The notes under the pieces are model-generated. The model searched no databases. It worked only from the letters and a program-made list of their open reading frames with translations, and was not told the origin of the DNA. Positions 54,723-63,635 of a DNA stretch of 64,000 bases are shown piece after piece (within the stretch, counting starts at the first letter, position 1; each line of letters starts with the position of its first letter). Location of the stretch: the NCBI GenBank assembly GCA_009923785.1, contig RFSV01000003.1, forward strand, positions 2,534-66,533. The letters run 5' to 3'. The stretch is from Acidimicrobiia bacterium (GTDB taxonomy: Bacteria; Actinomycetota; Acidimicrobiia; Acidimicrobiales; Ilumatobacteraceae). Position numbers and translations under genes: made by a program.

Positions 54723-55634
54723 ATGACTCCGGCTTCCTCTGCCTTCGTCGAGCGCTTTCCCGTGCTCGACGGCTCCGTTGGACACGTGAGAGTCGCCGAC
54801 GACGTGTCACTACGAATGATCGAGCGACGGCCAGCCGAGACCGATCCGTCTCTTCCGACAATCATTCTCGTGCACGGCCTGGCGTCCAACGCCCGTATGT
54901 GGGACGGGGTCGCCCGAGAGCTGTCGACACAGAATGTGCGGACGATCGCCGTCGACCTCCGCGGTCACGGCCGAAGCGATCGTCCAACCGCCGGATACGA
55001 CTTCGCCACCATCGGCACCGATCTCTGTCGATTGCTCGACGACCTCGACATCGAACGGGCGGTGTTCGTCGGTCAGTCGTGGGGCGGAAACGTGGTCGTC
55101 GACCTTGCCTATCGGTCGGCCGACAGGGTGATCGGCTCGGTTGCGGTCGACGGCGGAATGATCGACCTTCGCCGAACCTTCCCGGAATGGGACGACTGCG
55201 AGCGCACACTCCAACCACCTCGACTCGCCGGAACCCGCGCCAGTCGGTTGGAGGCCGCGATCCGTTCGATGCACACCGACTGGCCCGAGTCCGGCATCGT
55301 GGGTGCCTTGTCCAACTTCGAGGTTCTCGACGACGGAACAGCCCGACCCTGGCTCCCCTTCGAGATGCACATGATCATCCTGCGCGAACTCTGGGAACAC
55401 CGACCGAGTCAGCTCTATCCCGACATCGAACGTCCGATTCTTTTCCTGCCCGCCGATTCCGGCGACGTGGCCTGGACCGAGAACAAGGACCGTGCCGTCG
55501 ATGATGCCCTACGTCTCCTGAAACACGGGCGCGTGCACTGGTTTCGTCCGGCTCATCACGACGTTCACGCCCAGCACCCGGTCGCGGTTGCCGAAGTGCT
55601 GATGTCGAACCTTCGAGACGGATTCCTCTCATGA
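54723..55634 (+). CDS. Alpha/beta hydrolase
   Basis: ORF trimmed to ATG 54723. TIILVHGLASNARMW, nucleophile elbow FVGQSWGGNVV (G-x-S-x-G), and AHHDVHAQHP near the C-terminus (catalytic His). Confidence 0.8.
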   Translation: MTPASSAFVERFPVLDGSVGHVRVADDVSLRMIERRPAETDPSLPTIILVHGLASNARMWDGVARELSTQNVRTIAVDLRGHGRSDRPTAGYDFATIGTDLCRLLDDLDIERAVFVGQSWGGNVVVDLAYRSADRVIGSVAVDGGMIDLRRTFPEWDDCERTLQPPRLAGTRASRLEAAIRSMHTDWPESGIVGALSNFEVLDDGTARPWLPFEMHMIILRELWEHRPSQLYPDIERPILFLPADSGDVAWTENKDRAVDDALRLLKHGRVHWFRPAHHDVHAQHPVAVAEVLMSNLRDGFLS

Positions 55635-55647
55635 ACAGCGAGCAGCC

Positions 55648-56916
55648 ATGACGACTCGACCACGCATCCTCACGATCATGGGTTCGGGTGAAACCGCTCC
55701 CACCATGATGAAACACCATCGCGATCTGATCGCGCGCCTTCCCGGCGACCCCCTGGCCGTCGTGATCGACACCCCCTACGGATTCCAAGAGAACGCTCCC
55801 GAACTGGCCTCGCGGGCCGTCGAATACTTTCGCCAGAGCGTCGGGTATCCGATCCAGGTCGCCGGGCTCGGTCGCCTGAAGAACGTCGACGTCCTGACCG
55901 TCGAGACCGGTCTCAGCCTCCTTCGCCGAGCTGACTACGTGTTCGCCGGTCCGGGAAGTCCCACTTATGCGCTGAACCAGTGGGAGAACACCGCCGTCCC
56001 CGACGTCTTACGCGAAAAGTTGCAGAGCGGAGGCGCGGTCACGTTTGCTTCGGCGGCCGCGCTCACCCTCGGCCGATTCACGGTTCCGGTGTACGAGATC
56101 TACAAGGTTGGCATCGAACCGCATTGGCTCGAGGGACTCGATGTGCTGCGAACAATCGGTCTCGACGTCGCGGTCATCCCCCACTACGACAACACCGAGG
56201 GTGGACATCACGACACCCGCTTCTGCTACCTCGGCGAGCGTCGCCTGGCGATGCTCGAACAGGAACTCCCCGACGGAGCACACGTTCTCGGTGTCGACGA
56301 GCACACCGGCGTGGTGATCGACATCGATGCCGACACGGCGACCGTGATCGGAAACGGGACGATCACCGTGCGAGTGCGCGGAGAATCCACTGTTTTCGAG
56401 AGCGGAATCACCATCCCGGTCGACGTGTTGCGCGACCCGAGCCGCACTGGCAGTTCGTCAGCGGCCACGACCACGACTTCCCGCGAGTCTCAACCCGTTA
56501 CTGAGTCGCCGCACGTCGCTTCGTCACTTCTCGACGAAGTAGCGAAGGCCGAAGCCTCCTTCGAGTCGGCTCTCGCATCTGGAGACTCCGAGTCCGCGGT
56601 TCGATCAGTGCTCGAACTCGAAACGTCGATACGCAACTGGTCGGTCGACACTCTTCAGAGCGACGCCATGGATCGTGCGCACGCCGCCCTTCGCTCGATG
56701 ATCGTACGGCTCGGCGAAGCGGCAGTGAAGGGACTGGCCGACCCTCGAACGGCGATCGATCCAGTGATGAACGTGGTGCTCGAGATACGTCGGACCGTGC
56801 GGGACGAGAAAAGGTACGACCTGTCGGATGTGCTGAGAGATCGTCTCGCCGAGGTGGGTATCGAGATTCGCGACACCCCCACCGGCCCCGAATGGCACTT
56901 TTCGCCCACTCTGTAG
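55648..56916 (+). CDS. Two-domain protein: N-terminal cyanophycinase/peptidase-S51-like (class I glutamine-amidotransferase-like) domain fused to a CysRS-type C-terminal helical (DALR-2/anticodon-binding-like) domain
   Basis: 422 aa. N-domain: ILTIMGSGE, ADYVFAGPGSPTYAL, GGAVTFASAAALTLG, VIPHYDNTEGGHHDTRFCYLGERRLAML, which parallels the S51 GGGE / GGNT / GTSAGA / HF..R.R..RL layout. S/T-rich linker at aa 263-288. C-domain: FESALASGDSESAVRSVLELETSIRNW...VLEIRRTVRDEKRYDLSDVLRDRLAEVGIEIRDTPTGPEW, which matches the CysS C-terminal pattern. Confidence 0.55.
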   Translation: MTTRPRILTIMGSGETAPTMMKHHRDLIARLPGDPLAVVIDTPYGFQENAPELASRAVEYFRQSVGYPIQVAGLGRLKNVDVLTVETGLSLLRRADYVFAGPGSPTYALNQWENTAVPDVLREKLQSGGAVTFASAAALTLGRFTVPVYEIYKVGIEPHWLEGLDVLRTIGLDVAVIPHYDNTEGGHHDTRFCYLGERRLAMLEQELPDGAHVLGVDEHTGVVIDIDADTATVIGNGTITVRVRGESTVFESGITIPVDVLRDPSRTGSSSAATTTTSRESQPVTESPHVASSLLDEVAKAEASFESALASGDSESAVRSVLELETSIRNWSVDTLQSDAMDRAHAALRSMIVRLGEAAVKGLADPRTAIDPVMNVVLEIRRTVRDEKRYDLSDVLRDRLAEVGIEIRDTPTGPEWHFSPTL

Positions 56917-56965
56917 CGTTCGCCCCCTCCTGGGGTCATCACCGCAACAGAGTGTGCACTTTTCG

Positions 56966-57835
56966 TCAGGCGGGGTGGGCGTGTTCGAGGCCGGCCATGC
57001 GCATTCGGCCCCGCACCCCGACCACGGCGTACACCACGGCGAAGGCTGCGGTTCCAGCCAGGATGATCACGGCCCCGCTCGGAACGTCGGCATACCAGCT
57101 CGCGTACATCCCCAGCAGGCCGAACGCCGTGCCGAGAACCGGTGAGAGCCAGAGCATTCGCCCGAACGAATTGGTCATCATTCGCGCCGTCGCCGCCGGT
57201 AACACGAGGAGGGCCGAAATGAGCAGAACTCCGATCACGCGAACCGTCACCAGGATCGTGGCCGACAACAAGAGCATGAGCATCGCTTCCATCGCCGGAA
57301 CGTTCACACCGCTCACGCCGGCCACTTCGGGGTCGAACGTCGAGAACAACAAGCGTCGATAGAGAACGACGACGACCACCACGCTCACCACCGCAACACC
57401 GGCCACGGCGGCGATGTCCGATGGAAACACACCGAGCACATTGCCGAAGAGAACGGCGTCGATACTTCGGGACGCCTGCCCGTAGCGCGCTTGCAACGCA
57501 AGTCCGAGTGCGAACGACGCCGTCGTCACCACGCCGATTGCGGCATCGGCCCCGATGATGCGACGTCGCGACACCCGACCGATCATGAATCCCGACAGGA
57601 GACCCCACAAACCAGCGCCCACGAAGTAGTTGAAATCGAGCACGGCCGCCAAGGCCGCTCCGCCGAACACGGCATGACTCAATCCATGACCGATGTAGCT
57701 CATGTTGCGCAAGACGACGAACACGCCGATCAATCCACACAGTGCCCCTGCGAGTCCGGCGATCACCAGACCATTTCGGAAGAACTCGTACTGGAAAGGC
57801 TCGGTTGCATCGAAGGAGAACACGGCGAGCCTCAC
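56966..57835 (-). CDS. Metal ABC transporter permease (ZnuB/TroC/MntB family)
   Basis: ORF 56966..58330 trimmed to GTG (complement 57833-57835), overlapping the ATPase stop (GTGA). FQYEFFRNGLVIAGLAGALCGLIGVFVVLRNMSYIGHGLSHAVFGGAA is the typical ABC-3 family N-terminus. 289 aa, about 8-9 TM helices. Confidence 0.85.
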   Translation of the reverse strand: MRLAVFSFDATEPFQYEFFRNGLVIAGLAGALCGLIGVFVVLRNMSYIGHGLSHAVFGGAALAAVLDFNYFVGAGLWGLLSGFMIGRVSRRRIIGADAAIGVVTTASFALGLALQARYGQASRSIDAVLFGNVLGVFPSDIAAVAGVAVVSVVVVVVLYRRLLFSTFDPEVAGVSGVNVPAMEAMLMLLLSATILVTVRVIGVLLISALLVLPAATARMMTNSFGRMLWLSPVLGTAFGLLGMYASWYADVPSGAVIILAGTAAFAVVYAVVGVRGRMRMAGLEHAHPA

Positions 57836-58650
57836 GCTCCTCGACGAGACATCCGCTCGCGCAATTCGTCTCCCCCGTGTTCGACGACGACTGGCATCCC
57901 ACCATGACGCAGGACTTCCATGGGCGCTCCGTACGTGCGCTCGAGGAAGTACGGACGCAAAACTTCGTCGGGTGAGCCATCGGCCACCACCGTGCGGTTG
58001 AAGCAGATGAGTCGCGGAAGGTGTGCGGCCAGGCCGTTCAGGTCGTGGGTGGTGAGCACGATCGCCATGGGGCGGGTACCGGCCGAGCCTTCGTTGAGAT
58101 CGGCAAGCACGTGGAGCACCTCGTGGCGGGTTCGCACGTCGACACCTGCCGTCGGCTCGTCGAGAACCAACAGGTCGGGATCCTGCAGGAGAGCACGAGC
58201 GAGGAAGACGCGTTGCTGCTGGCCGCCCGACAACTCGCGGATGTGTCGGCTCGCCAATCCCTCGAGACCCAGTCGGTCGAGGACCTCGTCGATCTGAACG
58301 ATCTCGGCCCGAGTCATTCGCGGCCACCACGATCGGGTTGGACGACTCATGGCCACCACCTCACGCACGGTGACCGGAAAGTTCCAATCGACGGTCTCGA
58401 GTTGTGGAACGTACGAGAGTCGCAGACCTTGACGACGCCGCACCGAACCGTGAACTGGCTTCACGGACCCGAGAAGCGCCCGGAGCACCGTCGTCTTGCC
58501 CGAACCTGAGGGTCCGACGACTCCAACGAACTCACCTGGGGCGACACTGAAATCGACCGCCTCCACCACAGGCGAATCACCGTATGAACACGAGACGTGT
58601 TCGAACACCACGAGCGGCTCGACGGCGACGGACGGCGACGGAGACGTCAC
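57832..58650 (-). CDS. Metal ABC transporter ATP-binding protein (ZnuC/TroB family)
   Basis: ORF trimmed to GTG (complement 58648-58650), overlapping the SBP stop (GTGA). GPSGSGKTTVLRAL (Walker A), LSGGQQQRVFLARAL (signature), LLVLDEPTAGVD (Walker B). Confidence 0.85.
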   Translation of the reverse strand: MTSPSPSVAVEPLVVFEHVSCSYGDSPVVEAVDFSVAPGEFVGVVGPSGSGKTTVLRALLGSVKPVHGSVRRRQGLRLSYVPQLETVDWNFPVTVREVVAMSRPTRSWWPRMTRAEIVQIDEVLDRLGLEGLASRHIRELSGGQQQRVFLARALLQDPDLLVLDEPTAGVDVRTRHEVLHVLADLNEGSAGTRPMAIVLTTHDLNGLAAHLPRLICFNRTVVADGSPDEVLRPYFLERTYGAPMEVLRHGGMPVVVEHGGDELRERMSRRGA

Positions 58651-59693
58651 TGTGGGTATACCGCCGTGTCGGGTCCGACGTCTGACACGTCGATCATCGT
58701 GAGAGCGGAGGCGTCGCCACCCAGAGCTTCGACCATGGTCACGTAATTGAAGCGCATGAGCCCCAACCACGAATGCTCGGCGTCACCGGGCTCGCCGAGC
58801 AGGTCGTCGTCCCGCAATACGTCGACGTAGCGGACCCCAGTCTCGTTGCCGATCTGCTCGAGAACATCGGATGGGAAGACTTCGCTGCCGAATACCGCCG
58901 GAACTTCAGCCTCGCGAACTTGGTCGATGAGATCGGCCACATCACGCGGTGTCGGCTCGTCGAACGATGACGGCTGGATGGCTCCGATCACGCTCCACCC
59001 GTACTCCTCGGCGAAGTACGCGTAGGCATCGTGGTAGGTGAGCAACTGACGTTGCCCCGGCTCGAGAGTCTCCGATGCGGTCCGCACTGCGTCGCTCAAT
59101 GCGTCGACTTTCGCACGGAACGAGTCGAAATTCGAGGCATAGGTGTCTGCATTGGCGGGGTCGGCGGCGATGAGCACGTCACGGGCCAACTCGGCGTAGG
59201 AGATCGCCATCGGTGGATTGGTCCACAGATGCGGGTTGGGCTTTCCGCCCTCCTCGGGGAACGAAAAGTCGAAGATGTAGTCGGACTCGGGAAGGATCGC
59301 GGTTCCGAGTTCGCAGATGATCGAACCGGCACGCTGATTGGCGAGAGCCAGTTCCTTCGTGGGCTCTTCGAGTACGAGTCCGTTGATGAACACCACATCG
59401 GCGTCTTCGAGAGTGGCTGCTGCACTGGGCGGGGGTTCGAACGTGTGACTATTGGTGCCTTCGGGGACGACACCAGTGATGACAGTCGGTGTCCCGGTGG
59501 CCACATTGGCCACGATGCTTGTGATGGGGGCCACGGTGGTGGCGACCACAACCGGTCGGCCCTCGATCGCCGAGGGCATCGGACACGGGTCGGACGCAAT
59601 GTCGTTCGTCGAGACCTCACCATCGGATCCGCAGGACGCCGTAATCGCCAACACCGCAGTCACTGCGAGAGCCGAACGGATCCGAGACACCAT
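58647..59693 (-). CDS. Metal ABC transporter substrate-binding lipoprotein (cluster A-I, TroA/ZnuA-like)
   Basis: ORF trimmed to ATG (complement 59691-59693): MVSRIRSALAVTAVLAITASCGSD (lipobox). Candidate ligands: GTNSHTFEP, NPHLWTNP, TYHDAYAYF and a late Asp. No long His-rich loop. Confidence 0.85.
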   Translation of the reverse strand: MVSRIRSALAVTAVLAITASCGSDGEVSTNDIASDPCPMPSAIEGRPVVVATTVAPITSIVANVATGTPTVITGVVPEGTNSHTFEPPPSAAATLEDADVVFINGLVLEEPTKELALANQRAGSIICELGTAILPESDYIFDFSFPEEGGKPNPHLWTNPPMAISYAELARDVLIAADPANADTYASNFDSFRAKVDALSDAVRTASETLEPGQRQLLTYHDAYAYFAEEYGWSVIGAIQPSSFDEPTPRDVADLIDQVREAEVPAVFGSEVFPSDVLEQIGNETGVRYVDVLRDDDLLGEPGDAEHSWLGLMRFNYVTMVEALGGDASALTMIDVSDVGPDTAVYPQ

Positions 59694-59768
59694 GCCTCGA
59701 ACCCTATAGGTGAGAGAAAAGTCCTGCGTGATCGGTGATTCCCGACCTCGCAACTCAGGAAATCGATG

Positions 59769-61004
59769 TCAGGCGACGAATCGCCCCATCGTCGTCTTTT
59801 GTGTCTCGGCCCACGTCAACCCCGACAACACGTCCGCGTCGTGGGGAAGCCCGAGAACTCGTTCGGCCACAATATTTCGTTGCACCTCTCCGGTGCCCCC
59901 GCCAATCGTCAGGGCACGGGCGAACATGTAACCGTCGTACCAGCCGTGATGATCAAGCGATCGGAGGCCGACGCCTCCGCCACTTCCACCGCGGAGCGAC
60001 ATCGCCCCGCCACTCGGCTGTTCAGGCGTCTGATGCAACATTCCGGCTGCACCGAGAACGTCACGCGCCAGCTCCATCACGTGCTGTCCGTGTTCGTCGG
60101 CGAGAATCTTGCGAACGCTCGCTTCGGGGCCGGGCTGCTCACCTTTGATCCGAGAGGTGAGAGTTCGCATCCGTATGAGGTCGAGCAGAACGTGTTCGAT
60201 GTAGATGCCGGCGAGCCGCTGGCGCATCACCGGGTCATCGACTCGACCGTGCTGGCGAACCGCGTCGAGCATCTCGAGAGCCGTGGGGCCACTTCCCCAC
60301 AACACGCCACCGCTCGAGAGCGACACCCGTTCGTTACCGAGAGTGACCTTGGCGAGTCGCCATCCGTCTCCTTCGTCGCCCACCAGATTCGCAGCCGGAA
60401 TACGAACGTCGGTGAAGAAAACTTCGTTGAAGGTCTGGGCGCCGGTCATCTCGGTGATCGGCCGAATCTCGATACCGGGCAGATCCATCGGACAGATGAA
60501 GTACGAAACGCCTCGGTGCTTCGGTGCATCGGGGTCGGTTCGCGCGATGAGGATCCCGAATTTCGCGTACTGCGCGCCGCTCGTCCAGATCTTCTGACCG
60601 TTCACGACGTATTCGTCTCCGTCGCGCACCGCGCGTGTGCCGAGGTTGGCGAGATCGCTGCCACTGCCCGGCTCGCTGAACAACTGACACCAGAACTCTT
60701 CACCGGCGAGTAACGGGATCAAGTAGCGCTTCTTCTGCTCCTCAGTGCCGGCGTACAGGATCGTCGGACCACCCCACCCGATGCCGATGGGGTTGGACGG
60801 ACGGCGCACACCGGCTTTGGAGAGTTCGTCGTCGATGACGATCTGATGCACTGGATCGGCGCCGAGACCAAACGGTTCGGGCCAGTGCGGGGCCACGTAA
60901 CCGGCTTCGGCGAGCTGTCGTCCCGTCGGATCGGGATGAGCGATTAGCCAGTCTCGAACCGCCAGTCGGCGTGGATCATCGAGTCCGGGAACCTGAAAGT
61001 CCAT
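59769..61004 (-). CDS. Acyl-CoA dehydrogenase
   Basis: 411 aa. FWCQLFSEPGSGSDLA (ACAD middle-domain motif), NGQKIWTSGA, and C-terminal TIGGGTGEVQRNIVAERVLGLP (catalytic Glu region). Confidence 0.85.
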   Translation of the reverse strand: MDFQVPGLDDPRRLAVRDWLIAHPDPTGRQLAEAGYVAPHWPEPFGLGADPVHQIVIDDELSKAGVRRPSNPIGIGWGGPTILYAGTEEQKKRYLIPLLAGEEFWCQLFSEPGSGSDLANLGTRAVRDGDEYVVNGQKIWTSGAQYAKFGILIARTDPDAPKHRGVSYFICPMDLPGIEIRPITEMTGAQTFNEVFFTDVRIPAANLVGDEGDGWRLAKVTLGNERVSLSSGGVLWGSGPTALEMLDAVRQHGRVDDPVMRQRLAGIYIEHVLLDLIRMRTLTSRIKGEQPGPEASVRKILADEHGQHVMELARDVLGAAGMLHQTPEQPSGGAMSLRGGSGGGVGLRSLDHHGWYDGYMFARALTIGGGTGEVQRNIVAERVLGLPHDADVLSGLTWAETQKTTMGRFVA

Positions 61005-61036
61005 ACATTCGCGACCCTACGCCTACCATCGGCGTC

Positions 61037-62650
61037 GTGACGAGCGCTTCTGCCACCTGGAACTACGCCGACGCGTGGGAACACATCGCCCGACGGCTCC
61101 CCGACGCTCCGGCTCAGGAACATCTCGGCCGAGTCCACACCTGGAGTGAATTCGACCGCCGAGCGAACGGAGTGGCCGCCACCCTCCTCGCTGCCGGAGT
61201 GGGCCCTCAGGACAAGTTCGCGCAATACCTCTACAACGACTCGACGTACCTCGAGTGCGTCTTCTCCGCATTCAAGATCGGACTCGTACCGGTCAACACC
61301 AACTATCGGTACACCGTCGACGAACTGGCGTACATCTGGGACAACTCCGATGCAGTGGCGGTGGTGTTCCACGGTGTCTTCACCGACAAGGTGGCCGAAG
61401 TTCGCCCGAGGGTGCCCAAGGTTCGCAGTTGGCTCTGGGTCGACGATGGCACCTCGCCGTGTCCCGACTGGGCTCTCGACTACGAACAGGCGGCCATTGA
61501 CGATAGATCGGCTGACGCCCCGTGGGCTCGCACTGGCGACGACCTCCTCCTCATCTACACCGGTGGCACGACCGGCATGCCCAAAGGCGTGATGTGGCGC
61601 CAGGAAGACCTGATGCTCGCCCTCGATGCCGGCAATCGTCGTCCGCTCACACCACGGCCCGACGCCGGTGTCCTCGACTCTCGTTCGGCCAAACCCGGCC
61701 CTCGCAATCTGCCAGCGGCTCCATTGATGCACGGCACCGGCCTCTTCAACGCCATGAGCAACTTGATGGTAGGGGGTTGCATCGTGACTCTCGCCGGCCG
61801 CAACTTCGACCCGATCGAATTGCTCGACACGATCAGCGATCGCCAGGTCAACACCATGTCGTTCGTCGGCGACGCGTTCGGCAAACCGATTCTTCGTGCC
61901 CTCGATGCCGAGCCGGATCGCTGGAATCTGTCGAGTCTGCGCGTGATCGTGTCGAGCGGAGTGATGTTCTCGGCCGACACCAAACAAGGTTTGTTGCGCC
62001 ATGCGCCGAATCTCGTGATCGTCGACTCGCTTGGCTCGTCGGAAGCAGTGGCCATGGCGCAGAACACCACATCTGCCGATGGCAGTTCCGACACGGCGCG
62101 TTTCATGCTCGGTCCGAACACCAAAGTCCTCACCGAGGATGGCCGAGAGATCGTGCCGGGCGCCGACGAACTCGGTCGTGTCGCCATCAAGGGACACACG
62201 CCGATCGGCTACTACAAGGACGAGGCGAAGAGTGCTGCGACGTTCCAAATGTTCGACGGTGTTCGATGGTCGATTCCTGGTGACTGGGCCCGCGTCGATG
62301 CCGACGGAACGGTGCACCTACTCGGTCGCGGCAGTCAGTGCATCAACACCGGGGGCGAAAAGGTGTACCCGGAAGAAGTGGAAGAGGCACTGAAGACGCA
62401 CGCGAGCGTCGCCGATGCAGCCGTCGTCGGAGTCCCGGACGAGCGCTTCGGCCAGGCTGTCACCGCCCTCGTCGAAACGCTTCCCGGCCGAACGGTCGAT
62501 GCGTCCGAACTCGTCGCTCACGTACGGCTCCACCTTGCCGCGTACAAGTCCCCCAAGACCGTGGTGTTCGTCGCGAGCCTCGAACGCGCCGGTAACGGCA
62601 AGCTCGACTACAAGGCTCTGACTGCTCGCGCCGTTGCCGCCCTGGAGTAG
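61037..62650 (+). CDS. AMP-dependent acyl-CoA synthetase/ligase (FadD-like)
   Basis: ORF 60971..62650. Start moved to in-frame GTG 61037 to avoid overlapping the divergent ACAD start (61004); this is uncertain. LIYTGGTTGMPKGV (AMP-binding P-loop), GDWARVDADG, INTGGEKVYPEEVE, GKLDYK. Confidence 0.8.
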   Translation: MTSASATWNYADAWEHIARRLPDAPAQEHLGRVHTWSEFDRRANGVAATLLAAGVGPQDKFAQYLYNDSTYLECVFSAFKIGLVPVNTNYRYTVDELAYIWDNSDAVAVVFHGVFTDKVAEVRPRVPKVRSWLWVDDGTSPCPDWALDYEQAAIDDRSADAPWARTGDDLLLIYTGGTTGMPKGVMWRQEDLMLALDAGNRRPLTPRPDAGVLDSRSAKPGPRNLPAAPLMHGTGLFNAMSNLMVGGCIVTLAGRNFDPIELLDTISDRQVNTMSFVGDAFGKPILRALDAEPDRWNLSSLRVIVSSGVMFSADTKQGLLRHAPNLVIVDSLGSSEAVAMAQNTTSADGSSDTARFMLGPNTKVLTEDGREIVPGADELGRVAIKGHTPIGYYKDEAKSAATFQMFDGVRWSIPGDWARVDADGTVHLLGRGSQCINTGGEKVYPEEVEEALKTHASVADAAVVGVPDERFGQAVTALVETLPGRTVDASELVAHVRLHLAAYKSPKTVVFVASLERAGNGKLDYKALTARAVAALE

Positions 62651-62659
62651 GTTCGCTAT

Positions 62660-62694
62660 GCCGTCGAATCGTGCGACGGCCCGCCGACAGGCGG
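62660..62694 (+). terminator. Two tandem GC-rich hairpins after the fadD-like stop (weak terminator candidate, no U-tract)
   Basis: gccgtcg aatcgtg cgacggc (62660-62680), then ccgcc gaca ggcgg (62681-62694). The next gene starts at 62732 on the same strand, so this may instead be an intra-operon RNA element. Confidence 0.35.
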
Positions 62695-62731
62695 TACGGC
62701 CCCTCACAAGAGATCTACGACGGAGAACGAC

Positions 62732-63625
62732 ATGACGTCACTTGGATACGACGGCAAAGTAGCGATCATCACTGGAGCCGGTGGTGGTCTCGGTCGCCAG
62801 CACGCTCTGCTCATGGCGAGTCGTGGCGCACTCGTGGTGGTGAACGATCTCGGAGGGTCGGTCGATGGAACCGGTTCGAGCACCTCGGCGGCCCAGAAGG
62901 TCGTCGACGAGATCAAAGGATTGGGAGGCGAAGCAGTCGCCGACACCAACTCCGTGGCCACTCCCGAGGGCGGCGAAGCAATCGTCAAGTCGGCGATCGA
63001 CGCCTTCGGTCGCGTCGACATCGTCGTCAACAATGCCGGCATTCTGCGCGACAAGGCGTTCCACAACATGGAACCCGATCTCTTGAATCCGGTTCTCGAC
63101 GTTCACTTGAAGGGCGCCTTCCACGTGACGAAGCCAGCATTCGTGAAGATGCGCGAACAGGGCTACGGCCGCATCGTCTCCACATCGTCGGCGGCCGGTG
63201 TATTTGGCAACTTCGGCCAGACGAACTACGGCGCCGCCAAGATGGGTCTGGTCGGATTCACGCGCGTCCTCGCCGTCGAAGGAGCGCGATTCAACATCAA
63301 GGCCAATGCCATCGCTCCTCTTGCCCTCACCCGCATGACCGAAGACATCATGGGAGCGTTGGCCGACAAGCTCGACCCCGGTCTCGTCTCGCCGCTCGTC
63401 GCCTATCTGACGCACGACGACTGCCCGGTCTCGGGGCAGACGTTCTCGGTAGGTGGCGGTCGAGTCGCCCACGTGTTCATCGGCGAGACTCAGGGTTACT
63501 TCAAGGCCGACCTCTCCCCCGAAGACGTCCAATCGAACTGGTCTCAGATCATGGATCAGAACGGTTACGCGACTCCCAACAACCTCGGCGAGGAAACGGC
63601 AATGTTCCTCCCTCACTTCAAGTGA
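62732..63625 (+). CDS. SDR-family oxidoreductase (MFE-2-type 3-hydroxyacyl-CoA dehydrogenase-like), paralog of 45671..46588
   Basis: 297 aa. KVAIITGAGGGLGR, VVNDLGGSVDGTGSS...KVVDEIKGLGGEAVA, NNAGILRD, S...YGAAKMG. Confidence 0.85.
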   Translation: MTSLGYDGKVAIITGAGGGLGRQHALLMASRGALVVVNDLGGSVDGTGSSTSAAQKVVDEIKGLGGEAVADTNSVATPEGGEAIVKSAIDAFGRVDIVVNNAGILRDKAFHNMEPDLLNPVLDVHLKGAFHVTKPAFVKMREQGYGRIVSTSSAAGVFGNFGQTNYGAAKMGLVGFTRVLAVEGARFNIKANAIAPLALTRMTEDIMGALADKLDPGLVSPLVAYLTHDDCPVSGQTFSVGGGRVAHVFIGETQGYFKADLSPEDVQSNWSQIMDQNGYATPNNLGEETAMFLPHFK

Positions 63626-63635
63626 TCGAACGGTC

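Noticed and set aside
59694-59768. Search for a Zur, MntR or DtxR-type operator upstream of the metal-transporter SBP gene
   Set aside because: Only an 8-bp palindrome (cctatagg) and a short atcac direct repeat are present. Nothing resembles the AT-rich 15-19-bp Zur or DtxR-family boxes I know, so no regulatory site is claimed.
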